Part shown: positions 19,359 to 29,066 of the stretch, in pieces | Layout: each line of letters starts with the position of its first letter | How positions within the stretch are numbered: the first letter of the stretch is position 1 | DNA from: a bacterium | GTDB taxonomy: Bacteria; CG2-30-53-67 | Direction of reading: 5' to 3' | Length of the DNA: 64,000 nt | Assembly (NCBI GenBank): GCA_919901565.1 | Contig: CAKKPE010000107.1 | Span: 7,091-71,090 of the forward strand | Notes under the pieces: generated by a model | The model's input: the letters and a program-made list of their open reading frames with translations, nothing else | Database searches by the model: none | Told to the model about the DNA's origin: nothing | Program-made: the position numbers and the translations under genes

Positions 19359-21326
19359 TTGACTTCCGGTCAGAGTAAAGAACCCAAAAAGGTGATCCTT
19401 GTAGGAAGCCCGAATGTGGGGAAAAGTGTGATCTTCGGTCTCCTCACCGGCAGGTATGTCACGGTTTCCAATTATCCCGGGACCACGGTTGAGGTCTCGG
19501 AAGGGATTATCCAATCCTCGTCCGGGGGGAGGGGAAACATCAGAGTCATTGACAGCCCGGGCGTAAACAGCCTGATCCCCAAGTCCGAGGATGAACAGGT
19601 AACCCGGAATATCCTGCTGCGTTCCGAGGATGCCGGTGTGCTGCAGGTGGCCGATGCCAAGAACCTGAAGCGGGCCCTCCTGATCAACTCCCAGCTTTCG
19701 GATATGGGCCTTCCCATGGCCCTTGTATTGAATATGTACGATGAGGCCGAGGAACGGGGGATCCGTATCGACAAGGACCGGCTCTCAAAGCTTCTGGGGA
19801 TCTGTGTGATCCCCACGGTCGCCACCGAGCGGAGAGGTCTGAAAGAGATCCGTAAATCCCTTGCCGATTTTCGGAAGGCCGAGCGCCATTTCAATTTTGC
19901 GCCATCCATAGAAAAGGCCGTCGAGGAGCTTTCATCGCTTCTTCCGGAAATCCATCTGTCCAAGCGGTTTCTCTCCCTGACCCTTCTTGCCGGGGACAAA
20001 CATCTTCTGAAGTTCCTGGAAGAGATCAAGCCGGACCTCGCAATCCAGAGAGTCCATCAGATTCTTGAGGAGACGCAGAAGGTATTCAAAGATCCCCTGG
20101 GGTATGTGATCCAGAGACAGCGGCAGGCATTCGTTGACGGGATCTTCAGCCAGTGTGTCAGCATCAAAGAGAGGCGGGCATCCGGCTGGAGGGAAAAAGC
20201 CGGGAATTTGTCCATGCACCCGGTTTACGGCGTCCCGATCCTTCTGGTCCTGCTCTATATTATGTACATCTTTGTGGGGAAACTGGGCGCAGGCTACGGG
20301 GTTAACTTTCTGGAATCCGTGGTGTTCGGCAAATATGCCACGCCTTTTATGACCCGGGTCATTGACCTTGTGATCCCCATCCCGCTTGTGCATGATCTTC
20401 TGGTCGGGGAATACGGCGTTCTCTCTGTGGGCTTGACCTATTCTGTGGCCATTGTCATGCCGGTGGTGAGCTTCTTTTTCATCTTTTTCGGGGTCCTCGA
20501 GGATTCCGGTTATCTCCCCAGGCTCACGGTCATGTCCAACAAGATCTTTAAAAAGATCGGGCTGAACGGCAGGGCGGTCCTTCCCATGGTCCTCGGCCTG
20601 GGCTGCGCCACCATGGCCACCCTGACCACGCGTATCCTGGAGACAAAAAAGGAAAGGATCATCGCCACCCTTCTGCTTGCCCTGGGGGTCCCCTGTTCCG
20701 CACAACTGGGTGTGATCATGGGCCTTCTGGGAGGACTCTCCTTGAAGGCTCTGATGGTGGTCGCCGTCACGGTCCTGATGCAGCTCATGATCGTAGGGTA
20801 TCTCGCGGCAAAGGTCCTTCCGGGGAACACCTCGGATTTTCTGATCGAGATCCCGCCCCTCAGGGTCCCGCAGATTTCCAATCTGGTGATAAAGACCTAT
20901 CACCGGGTCAAATGGTTCCTCAAGGAGGCGGTCCCTCTCTTCATGATAGGGACCTTCATTCTCTTCCTGCTCCACCGGATGGGCCTGATCCGTGGTATTG
21001 AGCGGGTGATTGAGCCGATTGTGGTGGGGCTTCTCAACCTGCCGGCCAAGAGCGCCGAGGCCTTCATCCTCGGTTTCCTCCGACGGGATTACGGCGCGGC
21101 CGGGCTGTTCCGGATGGCCCAGGGCGGGGAGATGGACCTCATACAGCTCACCGTCGGTGTCACGGTTATGGTCCTCTTTGTCCCGTGTCTCGCCAACTAC
21201 CTGGTCATGATCAAAGAGCACGGCAAGACAAAGGCGTTCTACATGGTGACGTTCATTTTCGTCTATGCGGTGCTGGTGGGGTTTGTTTTGAATCTGCTAT
21301 TGCGGCATTTCCCTGTTTTATCATAG
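19359..21326 (+). CDS. feoB: Ferrous iron transport protein B
   Basis: G-domain VGSPNVGKS…DSPG, followed by a polytopic membrane domain. Probable TTG start at 19359, 7 nt after GGAGGA. The track's start at 19284 is also TTG. Confidence 0.85.
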   Translation: MTSGQSKEPKKVILVGSPNVGKSVIFGLLTGRYVTVSNYPGTTVEVSEGIIQSSSGGRGNIRVIDSPGVNSLIPKSEDEQVTRNILLRSEDAGVLQVADAKNLKRALLINSQLSDMGLPMALVLNMYDEAEERGIRIDKDRLSKLLGICVIPTVATERRGLKEIRKSLADFRKAERHFNFAPSIEKAVEELSSLLPEIHLSKRFLSLTLLAGDKHLLKFLEEIKPDLAIQRVHQILEETQKVFKDPLGYVIQRQRQAFVDGIFSQCVSIKERRASGWREKAGNLSMHPVYGVPILLVLLYIMYIFVGKLGAGYGVNFLESVVFGKYATPFMTRVIDLVIPIPLVHDLLVGEYGVLSVGLTYSVAIVMPVVSFFFIFFGVLEDSGYLPRLTVMSNKIFKKIGLNGRAVLPMVLGLGCATMATLTTRILETKKERIIATLLLALGVPCSAQLGVIMGLLGGLSLKALMVVAVTVLMQLMIVGYLAAKVLPGNTSDFLIEIPPLRVPQISNLVIKTYHRVKWFLKEAVPLFMIGTFILFLLHRMGLIRGIERVIEPIVVGLLNLPAKSAEAFILGFLRRDYGAAGLFRMAQGGEMDLIQLTVGVTVMVLFVPCLANYLVMIKEHGKTKAFYMVTFIFVYAVLVGFVLNLLLRHFPVLS

Positions 21327-21337
21327 GAGGGGAAGAC

Positions 21338-21997
21338 ATGAACAAGGAGGAACGGGAAGAGGCCCTGGAACTGGTCGGCACCCTGGCGGAGAAGGGTGAG
21401 GTTCTTCTGAACGACCTGCAGGAGAAGCATCTGCATCATCCCCTGACCCTGGAACAGATCGACCTGCTCCAGAAGGAGCAGATGATCATTCTGGATAAAG
21501 ACGGCCGGGTCCGGACCACGCCCCAAGGAGATAGATTGGCCCGGGAGATTATCCGGCGGCACCGTCTGGCTGAACGGCTGATTGTGGATGTGCTGGTCCT
21601 CAAGGACCCGGATAGATTTGAAGCATCGGCCTGCGACCTTGAGCATGTGCTCTCCCAGGAGCTCACGGACAGCATCTGTACCCTGCTGGGGCACCCGACG
21701 GTTTGCCCGCATGGAAAACCGATCCCGCCGGGCCTGTGTTGTTCAGAAAGGAGGACCCGGGTCAAAAGCCTGATCGGCTCTCTGGAAGAACTCGATGCCG
21801 GAGAGGAAGGGATCATCGCCTATATCTCAACAAGAGACCATGCCCGGCTGGACCGGCTGACCGCCATGGGCCTGTTCCCCGGGACCCTGATCAAGGTGCA
21901 TCAGAAACAGCCCGCCCTGGTCATCCTCTATGAGGAGACCACCCTGGCCATTGATCTGGAGATCGGCCAGGAGATCCATGTCTGGAGAAAGAAATAA
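21338..21997 (+). CDS. DtxR/MntR-family metal-dependent regulator with a C-terminal FeoA (SH3-like) domain
   Basis: AGGAGG ribosome-binding site before the ATG at 21338. DtxR metal-binding/dimerisation region (RRHRLAERLI…HPTVCPHGKPIP). The C-terminal GIIAYISTRDHARLDRLTAMGLFPGTLIKV resembles FeoA. Confidence 0.7.
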   Translation: MNKEEREEALELVGTLAEKGEVLLNDLQEKHLHHPLTLEQIDLLQKEQMIILDKDGRVRTTPQGDRLAREIIRRHRLAERLIVDVLVLKDPDRFEASACDLEHVLSQELTDSICTLLGHPTVCPHGKPIPPGLCCSERRTRVKSLIGSLEELDAGEEGIIAYISTRDHARLDRLTAMGLFPGTLIKVHQKQPALVILYEETTLAIDLEIGQEIHVWRKK

Positions 21998-22018
21998 CAG
22001 GGGCCAAGCCGAGCCGTT

Positions 22019-23440
22019 TTATTTCTGTAGGAATCGGATAACCCGGTCCGCCACTTTTTCCGAACTCTGCACGCAGTCATTGATTCCAACACCGTAGAAA
22101 GCATTGCCTGTCAGGAAGATCCCGGGATGGTTTTTGGCGAAGATCTGCTCCAGTTCTGAAATCCGTTTGCTGTGTCCGACCGTATACTGGGGGATGGCCT
22201 TTTCATGCCGGAAGAGTTTGATGAATTCCGGGGGAGTTTGGATCCCCATGATTTCTTTCAGGGTCTCACGGGTATTGGCGACCACGGTATCCGCATTCAG
22301 AAGTCCATATGCAGGGCGGCGCGCTCCTCCGGCCATGCTCCGAAGAGAGACATACCCATCTGGCGCCCTGCCGGGGAAGATGCTGGAATCCCAGAGCGTG
22401 CCCAGGATCTTTTTCTCTTCCTTGCCCGGGATCAGGAATCCGAACCCGTCCACAGACATGGGGATGGCCTCTTTTCTGTAACCCAGGCAGATCACGGAGA
22501 GCGGCGCATAAGGGATCTGTTCCAGAAGTTCCGAGGATCGGGGCTCCATGCCTGCAAACAGACTGGATGCCACATAGGCGGGAACTGCGGAGACCACGAT
22601 CTCAGCCGGGACAGGGTTCACATCTTTCTCGAGGTGGACCAGAAAAGGGGCCTCTCCATGCAGCCCTCTGTCGACTCGGGAGACCCTGCGGGATACACGG
22701 ACTGCATGGGAAAGGGCGTGGTGCAGGGAATTGATCAGGTCCTCCAGACCTCCCTGAAAGGAGGTGAGGATGCCTCCCGGTCCAGCGGGGCCGGCCTGAG
22801 GTGTTTTTGCTTCCCCTGCCGCCTTCTTTTTCTTTTGGAGCTTGATCATGGCCCGGACCAGGCTTCCATACTCGGATTCCAACTCTGCAATCCTCGGGAA
22901 ACAGCTTTTCAGGCTCATCTGTTCCGGGTCCCCGGCAAAGATCCCCGAGACCATGGGTCCGATCAGTTTGTCCAGGGCCTCCTGACCCAGTCGCCGCCGC
23001 GCGAAATCCGCGAGGGTTTCGTCCCGGTCCTTTGGCCCTCTTCGGGCCCAGAGCTCACCGATGATTCTCAGACGTCCCCGTATAGACAGGAGGTTGGATC
23101 TGAAAAATGCAGGAGGACTTTCCGGAAGGGCATGGAGTTTGCCTTCGGAGTATATAAAACGTTTTCGTGCCTCATCCCTGCTTCTGAGCAGGCGGCCGGA
23201 AACGTTCAGGCGGTCACACAGGTCCAGGGTAATGGGTTTGTTGTCGAGGAAACCGTTGGGGCCGTACTCGCAAAGAAAGCCCTGGTCCCGGACACTCCAG
23301 ATCTTCCCTCCGAGCCGGTCCTCGCCTTCCAGGACTGTGAGTTCTATCTCCTGTCCGGCCCTTGCAGCTGCTTCCCGGATGCAAAAGGCGGCGGAGAGTC
23401 CGGAGATGCCGCCGCCCATGACCACAATGCGTGTCCCCAT
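22019..23440 (-). CDS. Protoporphyrinogen/coproporphyrinogen oxidase (HemY/CgoX family, FAD amine-oxidase fold)
   Basis: VVMGGGISGLSAAF…LEGEDRLGGKI N-terminus and overall length match the HemY family. Confidence 0.7.
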   Translation of the reverse strand: MGTRIVVMGGGISGLSAAFCIREAAARAGQEIELTVLEGEDRLGGKIWSVRDQGFLCEYGPNGFLDNKPITLDLCDRLNVSGRLLRSRDEARKRFIYSEGKLHALPESPPAFFRSNLLSIRGRLRIIGELWARRGPKDRDETLADFARRRLGQEALDKLIGPMVSGIFAGDPEQMSLKSCFPRIAELESEYGSLVRAMIKLQKKKKAAGEAKTPQAGPAGPGGILTSFQGGLEDLINSLHHALSHAVRVSRRVSRVDRGLHGEAPFLVHLEKDVNPVPAEIVVSAVPAYVASSLFAGMEPRSSELLEQIPYAPLSVICLGYRKEAIPMSVDGFGFLIPGKEEKKILGTLWDSSIFPGRAPDGYVSLRSMAGGARRPAYGLLNADTVVANTRETLKEIMGIQTPPEFIKLFRHEKAIPQYTVGHSKRISELEQIFAKNHPGIFLTGNAFYGVGINDCVQSSEKVADRVIRFLQK

Positions 23441-23576
23441 AGCGAATCCTGTATGCGGGTATTAAAAAGCGGACAATATTTTTTGCATACTTATATAGGA
23501 GAGCGGTGAAATGTCAATGTTTTTATGAAATAAATCTATACCCAGGCTCCTTTTTGTTGTATAAGAAGAAGGCAAT

Positions 23577-23632
23577 CCTCTCCCCAAGGGGAGAGGAAGT
23601 TCAAACATCCCTTCTCCCCATAGGGGAGAAGG
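23577..23632 (+). promoter_or_regulatory. Two adjacent near-identical perfect stem-loops (CCTCTCCCCaaGGGGAGAGG and CCTTCTCCCCataGGGGAGAAGG) in the hemY / MBL-RNase divergent region
   Basis: Read directly. 10-bp GC-rich stems 12 nt apart, about 110 nt upstream of the ATG at 23743. Confidence 0.4.
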
Positions 23633-23742
23633 TTAGGATGAGGGGGGACACCAAAAGACACGACAAGGTTGACACGACACTAGAAAAAATTAAGGAATCT
23701 GGCAAACATGCGTTAACTTTTTTTGTGAGGGGGTTATTTCAT

Positions 23743-25134
23743 ATGACCATTCAGCTCTCTTTTCATGGGGCGGCCGACACCGTGACCGGCTCCTGTCACC
23801 TCCTTCAGGCTGAAGGGCTGAAAATTCTTGTGGACTGCGGCCTGTTCCAGGGGGACCGGCAGTGGGAGGAGAGGAATGATCAGGACTTTGGCTTTGATCC
23901 TTCCTCGATTGATTATCTTCTTCTGACCCACGGGCACCTCGACCACTGCGGCAGGATTCCCGTGCTGGTCAGGAAAGGGTTCAAAGGAAAGATCATCTGT
24001 ACTCCAGCTACCTATGATATTGCAAAGATTGTCTTTATGGATTCCGCCCATATTCAGGAGGAAGATGCCGGGCAGTGGAAGAAAATCCACGCCCGTAGAG
24101 GTCTCCCGCACAAAGAGCCTCTTTATACTACCCTGGACGCCCTCGACGCCTTGCAGCACTTCGGCACCTTTGCCCAATATGGGCAGTCCATCCCATTAAA
24201 CGGCAAGGTTCAGGTCACCTTCAAGGATTCCGGACATATACTTGGCGCAGCGTTCCTGGAAATCGTGATCAAAGGCTTTGGCAAGGTCATCTTTTCCGGT
24301 GATTTGGGCAACAGGGGAAAGCCCATCATCAAGGATCCATCATTTCCTGACGGGGGGGATGTGGTGGTTGTTGAGGGGACCTACGCGGACCGGAATCACA
24401 AAAATATAGAAGCGTCGGTCGAGGAGTTCCGAAAGGCCGTCCTGGAGAGCTGCCGGCTGGGAGGCAATGTGCTCATTCCTTCCTTTGCCATAGAGAGGGC
24501 ACAGGACCTGCTGTTTTTTATCAGGGAATTTTATGATCAGGGACGGCTCCCTTCCTGTAGGGTTTTTCTGGACTCCCCTATGGCCATCAAGATCACGGAT
24601 GTTATGCGCAAGCACCCGGAATGTTTTGATCCAGAAACCCAGGGGTTCTTCCAGAGTCATGAAGATCCCTTTGACTTCCCAGGGCTTCAGCTCACGAGGA
24701 CCGCTGAGGCATCCAGGCAGATCAATTCCATGAAAAGCCATGCGATTATAATCGCCGGGTCCGGCATGTGTACCGGAGGAAGAATCAAGCATCATCTCAA
24801 GCATAATATCTGGCGCGAGGAGTCTTCAATTATTTTCGTCGGGTACCAGGCCGAGGGAACGCTCGGGAGAAAGATCGTGGACAGAGAAAAGGAGGTAACG
24901 ATCTTCGGTGAAACCTATCGCGTAAACGCCAGGGTCCATACGATCGGGGGGTTTTCATCCCATGCGGACAAAGAGATCCTTATGGATTGGCTCCAGCACA
25001 ACAAGGAAATCCGTCATCTCTTTCTGGTCCACGGCGAAAGAAACACCCTGGCTTCTTTCCAGGAAGAAGTCGGGAATAAGGGTATGGCAAAAGAGATCCA
25101 TATCCCGCATCTGAACGAAAAGTTTTTACTTTAA
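23743..25134 (+). CDS. MBL-fold beta-CASP RNA-metabolising hydrolase (RNase J / CPSF73-like, COG1236)
   Basis: HGAADTVTGSCHLL, the LLTHGHLDHCG metallo-beta-lactamase motif, and beta-CASP region. GAGGGGG ribosome-binding site. Confidence 0.8.
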   Translation: MTIQLSFHGAADTVTGSCHLLQAEGLKILVDCGLFQGDRQWEERNDQDFGFDPSSIDYLLLTHGHLDHCGRIPVLVRKGFKGKIICTPATYDIAKIVFMDSAHIQEEDAGQWKKIHARRGLPHKEPLYTTLDALDALQHFGTFAQYGQSIPLNGKVQVTFKDSGHILGAAFLEIVIKGFGKVIFSGDLGNRGKPIIKDPSFPDGGDVVVVEGTYADRNHKNIEASVEEFRKAVLESCRLGGNVLIPSFAIERAQDLLFFIREFYDQGRLPSCRVFLDSPMAIKITDVMRKHPECFDPETQGFFQSHEDPFDFPGLQLTRTAEASRQINSMKSHAIIIAGSGMCTGGRIKHHLKHNIWREESSIIFVGYQAEGTLGRKIVDREKEVTIFGETYRVNARVHTIGGFSSHADKEILMDWLQHNKEIRHLFLVHGERNTLASFQEEVGNKGMAKEIHIPHLNEKFLL

Positions 25135-25398
25135 GCCACGCTCTCCCCTTGTCGGATATGCAACAAACCTTGCCATCGCAGCCATATCCAGGCCCGCGGC
25201 CAATGGCCGCTTGATTTCATAACCGCATGTTTCTAAAAGGCTTTTAGCGCAGTACCTTGAAGATGGGAAGTCCAGCTTGACATAATGAGTAACAGGTGTT
25301 ACATTACAATCAACTGTTACATTGGCGCTCAGCATGGAGTCCAATCAGGCGGACGGGATGAGCATGATCAAAGAGTTAAATGAGGCAAACAGGAAGAC

Positions 25399-26403
25399 AT
25401 GATGAAGAGCCTCAGCCATAAGACAGAAAAAGGAAAAGGATGGCTTCTCTTTTTTTACAGTGTTCCTTCGAAGCCCGTCAGCAGCCGGATGAAGATCTGG
25501 AGAAAGCTGGCCAAGGCCGGAGCCGTGCAGCTCAAAGGCGCTGTTTACATTCTGCCTCACAGCGAGGAACATTACGAGTTTTTCGGATGGCTGGTCTCTG
25601 AGGTGACTTTGATGCGTGGTGATGCGGTTTTTGTGAAAGTGGATTCTGTGGAGACTATGAAGACAAGCGAAATCATCGACATTTTTAATCAACAGCGGGA
25701 AAAGGATTACCACAGGGTTACAGAAGTGGTGGAGGATCTGGAGAGGAAGGTCAGCAGTATCCGTAAAGGAAACGGCATCCAGAGCACCAAAAGATTGAGC
25801 GAGGCGGTTGAGAGATATCTGAAGGAATATGAAGAGATCAGAAAAACGGATTTCTTCTCCTCGAAAGAGGGGAATGAATTGAAAAAGAGGATTAAAGTTC
25901 TTGAGGCCGGGATCCGCGGGATCTCCGGCACTGCCGGCAAGGAGAAAGAGGTCGTATCTGTTGTTACAAGAAACATTCAAGACTATCAGGGGAAGAGATG
26001 GGTCACCCGGGAAAAACCGTTTGTGGATCGAATCGCCTCGGCATGGCTGATTAAACGTTTTATTGACAGGGATGCGGTATTTCAGTTCATGGAAGAAAAG
26101 GAGATAGAAAACCTGGACAAGTCAGTGGTGACGTTTGATGTGAGAGGCGGGGAATTCACGCATGTCGGGGATCTGTGCACCTTTGAGGTTCTGCTGCGGA
26201 CGTTTCGTCTTCAGGACAAGGCCTTGAAAAAGATGGCCGAGATTGTGCATGATCTGGATATTAAGGATGGGAAATATCAGAGTGAGGAATCAAAAGGGAT
26301 AGAAGGTATTCTGAGAGGGTTAAGAAAAACCGAGAAGGATGATCGTGAAGCCCTCGAAAAAGGGATGGCTGTCATTGAGCTTTTTTATGTGTCCAGGATT
26401 TAA
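25399..26403 (+). CDS. ChrB-like (chromate-resistance regulator family) protein
   Basis: N-terminal GWLLFFYSVPSKP…RMKIWRKLAKAGAVQLKGAVYILP matches the ChrB N-terminal domain. The C-terminus has WVTREKPFVDRIASAWLIKRFID. Confidence 0.6.
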   Translation: MMKSLSHKTEKGKGWLLFFYSVPSKPVSSRMKIWRKLAKAGAVQLKGAVYILPHSEEHYEFFGWLVSEVTLMRGDAVFVKVDSVETMKTSEIIDIFNQQREKDYHRVTEVVEDLERKVSSIRKGNGIQSTKRLSEAVERYLKEYEEIRKTDFFSSKEGNELKKRIKVLEAGIRGISGTAGKEKEVVSVVTRNIQDYQGKRWVTREKPFVDRIASAWLIKRFIDRDAVFQFMEEKEIENLDKSVVTFDVRGGEFTHVGDLCTFEVLLRTFRLQDKALKKMAEIVHDLDIKDGKYQSEESKGIEGILRGLRKTEKDDREALEKGMAVIELFYVSRI

Positions 26404-26428
26404 ATTTAATTTTATGGAGGAAATCATT

Positions 26429-26713
26429 ATGCCGCCCGTTGAAAAACATTTTAAAACCAGTTTGGAAAAGACCGGAAAGGAGTACAAGGAGGTCCATGAG
26501 TGGATGGACGGGGACCCGGAAAAAAAGGCCGAACGACATAACCTCACCCGGATGTACGAGTACGGAAGGATGATCGAAGACCAGTATGGCAAGGAGGCCC
26601 TTCAGGAATACATCCAGCACTTGCACGATGATGTCAAGGCCAAGTTTACACACATTCAGCACGACCTGGAAAAGGCCATCGCCGATACCCTGGCCTATTT
26701 CGGTGTCAAGTAG
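26429..26713 (+). CDS. Small hypothetical protein (94 aa)
   Basis: GGAGG ribosome-binding site 8 nt before the ATG at 26429. The track's upstream extension lacks an RBS. Confidence 0.45.
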   Translation: MPPVEKHFKTSLEKTGKEYKEVHEWMDGDPEKKAERHNLTRMYEYGRMIEDQYGKEALQEYIQHLHDDVKAKFTHIQHDLEKAIADTLAYFGVK

Positions 26714-26843
26714 TATGGATTATGCACTTTATGAACTACCAGATCCAAGAATCAGACATTGCATTGTTCCGGAACACAGGGGTTCCGGAAGAAGATATCA
26801 GGCACTGTAGCTCATCCATAAACAAGAGACATAGGAGGTTATC

Positions 26844-27686
26844 ATGAATGCGACACCATCCTGCCCGGTATCCGGACTTGACAAGATATTGCTGGTCACA
26901 GACGGTTTTGAATTTAGCGAGGGGGCCATCCGGGAGGCCATTAACTTCGCCGGAAAATGCGGGAGCAGGCTTTATGCCGTGATGGTGGTGGAGACCAATC
27001 CGGAGTATGAGAGCATGGCTCCGCAGCTTGTGGAACGGGCTATTGAAGAAGGGGCAAGACGGCATCTGGACTCGGTCAAGGCGCGCTCCAGGGAACAAGG
27101 TTTGGCCTGTGAAACCATTATTGTCCAGGGAGATGAGCCCTATCAACTGATTGTGGATGAGGCCGCCAGAAGGGGAGTGGATATGATCATCATCGGCCGC
27201 CGCGGCCGCAAAGGGCTTACAAAACTCCTGGTGGGTGAAGTGGCTGAAAAGGTTATTGGGCATGCCCCCTGCAAGGTTCTTGTGGTCCCGAGAGCCGCCA
27301 GGATCGAATATAAAAACCTATTGGTCGCCACTGACGGTTCGATTCACAGCAACGCTGCGCTCACAGAAGCCATTGCTATTGCTAAACGCTGCGGAAGCCA
27401 TCTCATTGCACTTTCGGCAATGCGTGATGAAAGCGAGCGGGAAGAGGCAGAAAACTTTGCCAACAAAGCCGTTGAACTGGCACAGAAGGAAGGTGTGTCG
27501 GCAGAAGCGGTAACCCCAATAGGAAGATCATTCAATGCGATAGTTGAAACGGCAGGCGGCAGGGGGGTCGATCTGATCGTTATGGGGACCTACGGCAAGA
27601 CGGGGGTTAAGAAACTTTTAATGGGAAGCTCGACAGAGAAGGTCATCGGAAATGCAGGCTGCGCGGTCCTGGTCGTCAAGGCTTAG
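26844..27686 (+). CDS. Universal stress protein, tandem UspA domains
   Basis: Two copies of the Usp fold, with the GSRG/GKTG ATP-binding motif in each half. Confidence 0.85.
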   Translation: MNATPSCPVSGLDKILLVTDGFEFSEGAIREAINFAGKCGSRLYAVMVVETNPEYESMAPQLVERAIEEGARRHLDSVKARSREQGLACETIIVQGDEPYQLIVDEAARRGVDMIIIGRRGRKGLTKLLVGEVAEKVIGHAPCKVLVVPRAARIEYKNLLVATDGSIHSNAALTEAIAIAKRCGSHLIALSAMRDESEREEAENFANKAVELAQKEGVSAEAVTPIGRSFNAIVETAGGRGVDLIVMGTYGKTGVKKLLMGSSTEKVIGNAGCAVLVVKA

Positions 27687-27863
27687 TGCGTTGAATTGAG
27701 GCGTCGCATCGGATTTTCACGAACAAGCAATGAAATATGGGTGGCATGCAAGACGGTCATATCCAATAAAGGAATACTTGTTCTCCTTGATTTTAATCCG
27801 GATTTGTAATACGATTAACAGATATGTGACGGCCAAAAGAGCATTGCTCTTCTCGTGCTGTTG

Positions 27864-28027
27864 CTAAGTGGCCCTATTCGTAAATACGGTGGCATTCGAA
27901 TGCCGTAGGGCGTTCTCCTCGGCGTTGCGCTCCTTGCGGTGAGGGGTACGCCTCAGTCACGCTCCTTGATGAGGCCGCCCTACGACCCTCTCGGTACGTC
28001 ACCATATTTACGAACAGGACCACTAAG
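27864..28027. repeat. Long imperfect palindrome (about 165 bp) with CTAAGTGGCCCTATTCGTAAATACGGTG…CACCATATTTACGAACAGGACCACTAAG termini; long member of the family seen at 5797-5829
   Basis: The reverse complement of the right half aligns with the left half over about 45 bp. Sits between uspA and the HMGL-like gene. Confidence 0.7.
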
Positions 28028-28088
28028 ATATAGATATCATGTTGTTTTAGAAAGGGGTTTCCCGAATTATCCGACAAGGAGAGGAAAA

Positions 28089-29033
28089 ATGTTCAGACCA
28101 GAAATCAAGGTGATTGACTGCACGGTCCGTGACGGCGGTTTGATGAACAAATGGCAGTTTGACGATGCCTTTGTCTGCAAGGTTTATCACGCGCTCAGCG
28201 AGGCGGGCATTGATTATATGGAGATCGGATATCTCAGCTCCGAGAGTTCTTTTTCCAGGGACGAATTCGGGCCATGGAAGTTTTGCGCCGAGGATGATCT
28301 CTGCCGGGTGACCGGCGGTAAAGAAAAAAAGGTCAAACTGTCCGCTATGGCGGATATAGGCCGGATCGAGTATGACGATATCCCGCCGCAGGCCCAGAGT
28401 TCCCTGGATATGGTGCGGGTCGCCTGTTATGTTCATCAGATCGATGCGGCGATCGGCCTGGCACACCATTGCATGGACAAAGGATACGAGGTCACCATCA
28501 ACCTGATGGCTGTCTCCACCGTGGGGCCGCGGGATCTGGAAGAAGGCCTTGAAGATCTTTCCCGGAGCAGGGTCCCGGTCATCTATCTGGTGGACAGCTT
28601 CGGGGCCTTTTATTCAGAGGATATAGATATGCTCGCGAAAAAATATCTGGAGAGGCTGCCGGGCAAAACCATCGGCTTTCACGGCCACAATAACCAGCAA
28701 TTGGCCTTTGCCAACACGATTTCAGCAATCATCTCCGGCGTCAATTACCTCGATGGCACGCTGTATGGCATCGGCCGCGGGGCCGGCAACTGCCCTCTTG
28801 AACTTCTTATTTCGTTCCTGAAGAACCCAAAGTTCAAGGTGCGCCCGCTGATCGAGGCCATAGAAACCCAGATTTTCCCCTGGCAGAAAAAGATCGATTG
28901 GGGTTACTTTATCCCTTACATGATCACAGGTGTCCTGAATCAGCACCCTCGAACCGCCATGGCACATATGGAGTCGGACAGAAAGGAGAAGGTAACGGAT
29001 TTCTACGATCAGGTGAGCAGCGCCATCGAGTAG
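28089..29033 (+). CDS. HMGL-like / DmpG-type aldolase, pyruvate carboxyltransferase TIM-barrel family protein
   Basis: IKVIDCTVRDGG motif, about 314 aa. AAGGAGAGG ribosome-binding site before the ATG at 28089. The upstream part of the track ORF overlaps the palindrome and is not coding. Confidence 0.65.
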   Translation: MFRPEIKVIDCTVRDGGLMNKWQFDDAFVCKVYHALSEAGIDYMEIGYLSSESSFSRDEFGPWKFCAEDDLCRVTGGKEKKVKLSAMADIGRIEYDDIPPQAQSSLDMVRVACYVHQIDAAIGLAHHCMDKGYEVTINLMAVSTVGPRDLEEGLEDLSRSRVPVIYLVDSFGAFYSEDIDMLAKKYLERLPGKTIGFHGHNNQQLAFANTISAIISGVNYLDGTLYGIGRGAGNCPLELLISFLKNPKFKVRPLIEAIETQIFPWQKKIDWGYFIPYMITGVLNQHPRTAMAHMESDRKEKVTDFYDQVSSAIE

Positions 29034-29066
29034 AAAAGAGTGAAGCGTAAAAAAGGAAGATGATCC

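Noticed and set aside
19932-21221. 429-aa minus-strand ORF
   Set aside because: Antisense to feoB, which has clear GTPase and membrane motifs. His/Asp/Gly-rich nonsense composition.
22172-23509. 445-aa plus-strand ORF and the 125/141-aa ORFs nearby
   Set aside because: Antisense to the HemY-family oxidase gene.
25345-25980. 211-aa minus-strand ORF
   Set aside because: Antisense to the ChrB-like gene, whose N-terminal domain match is convincing.
27939-28088. N-terminal 50 codons of the track ORF preceding the HMGL-like gene
   Set aside because: Overlaps the long palindrome. The real start at 28089 has a strong AAGGAGAGG ribosome-binding site.
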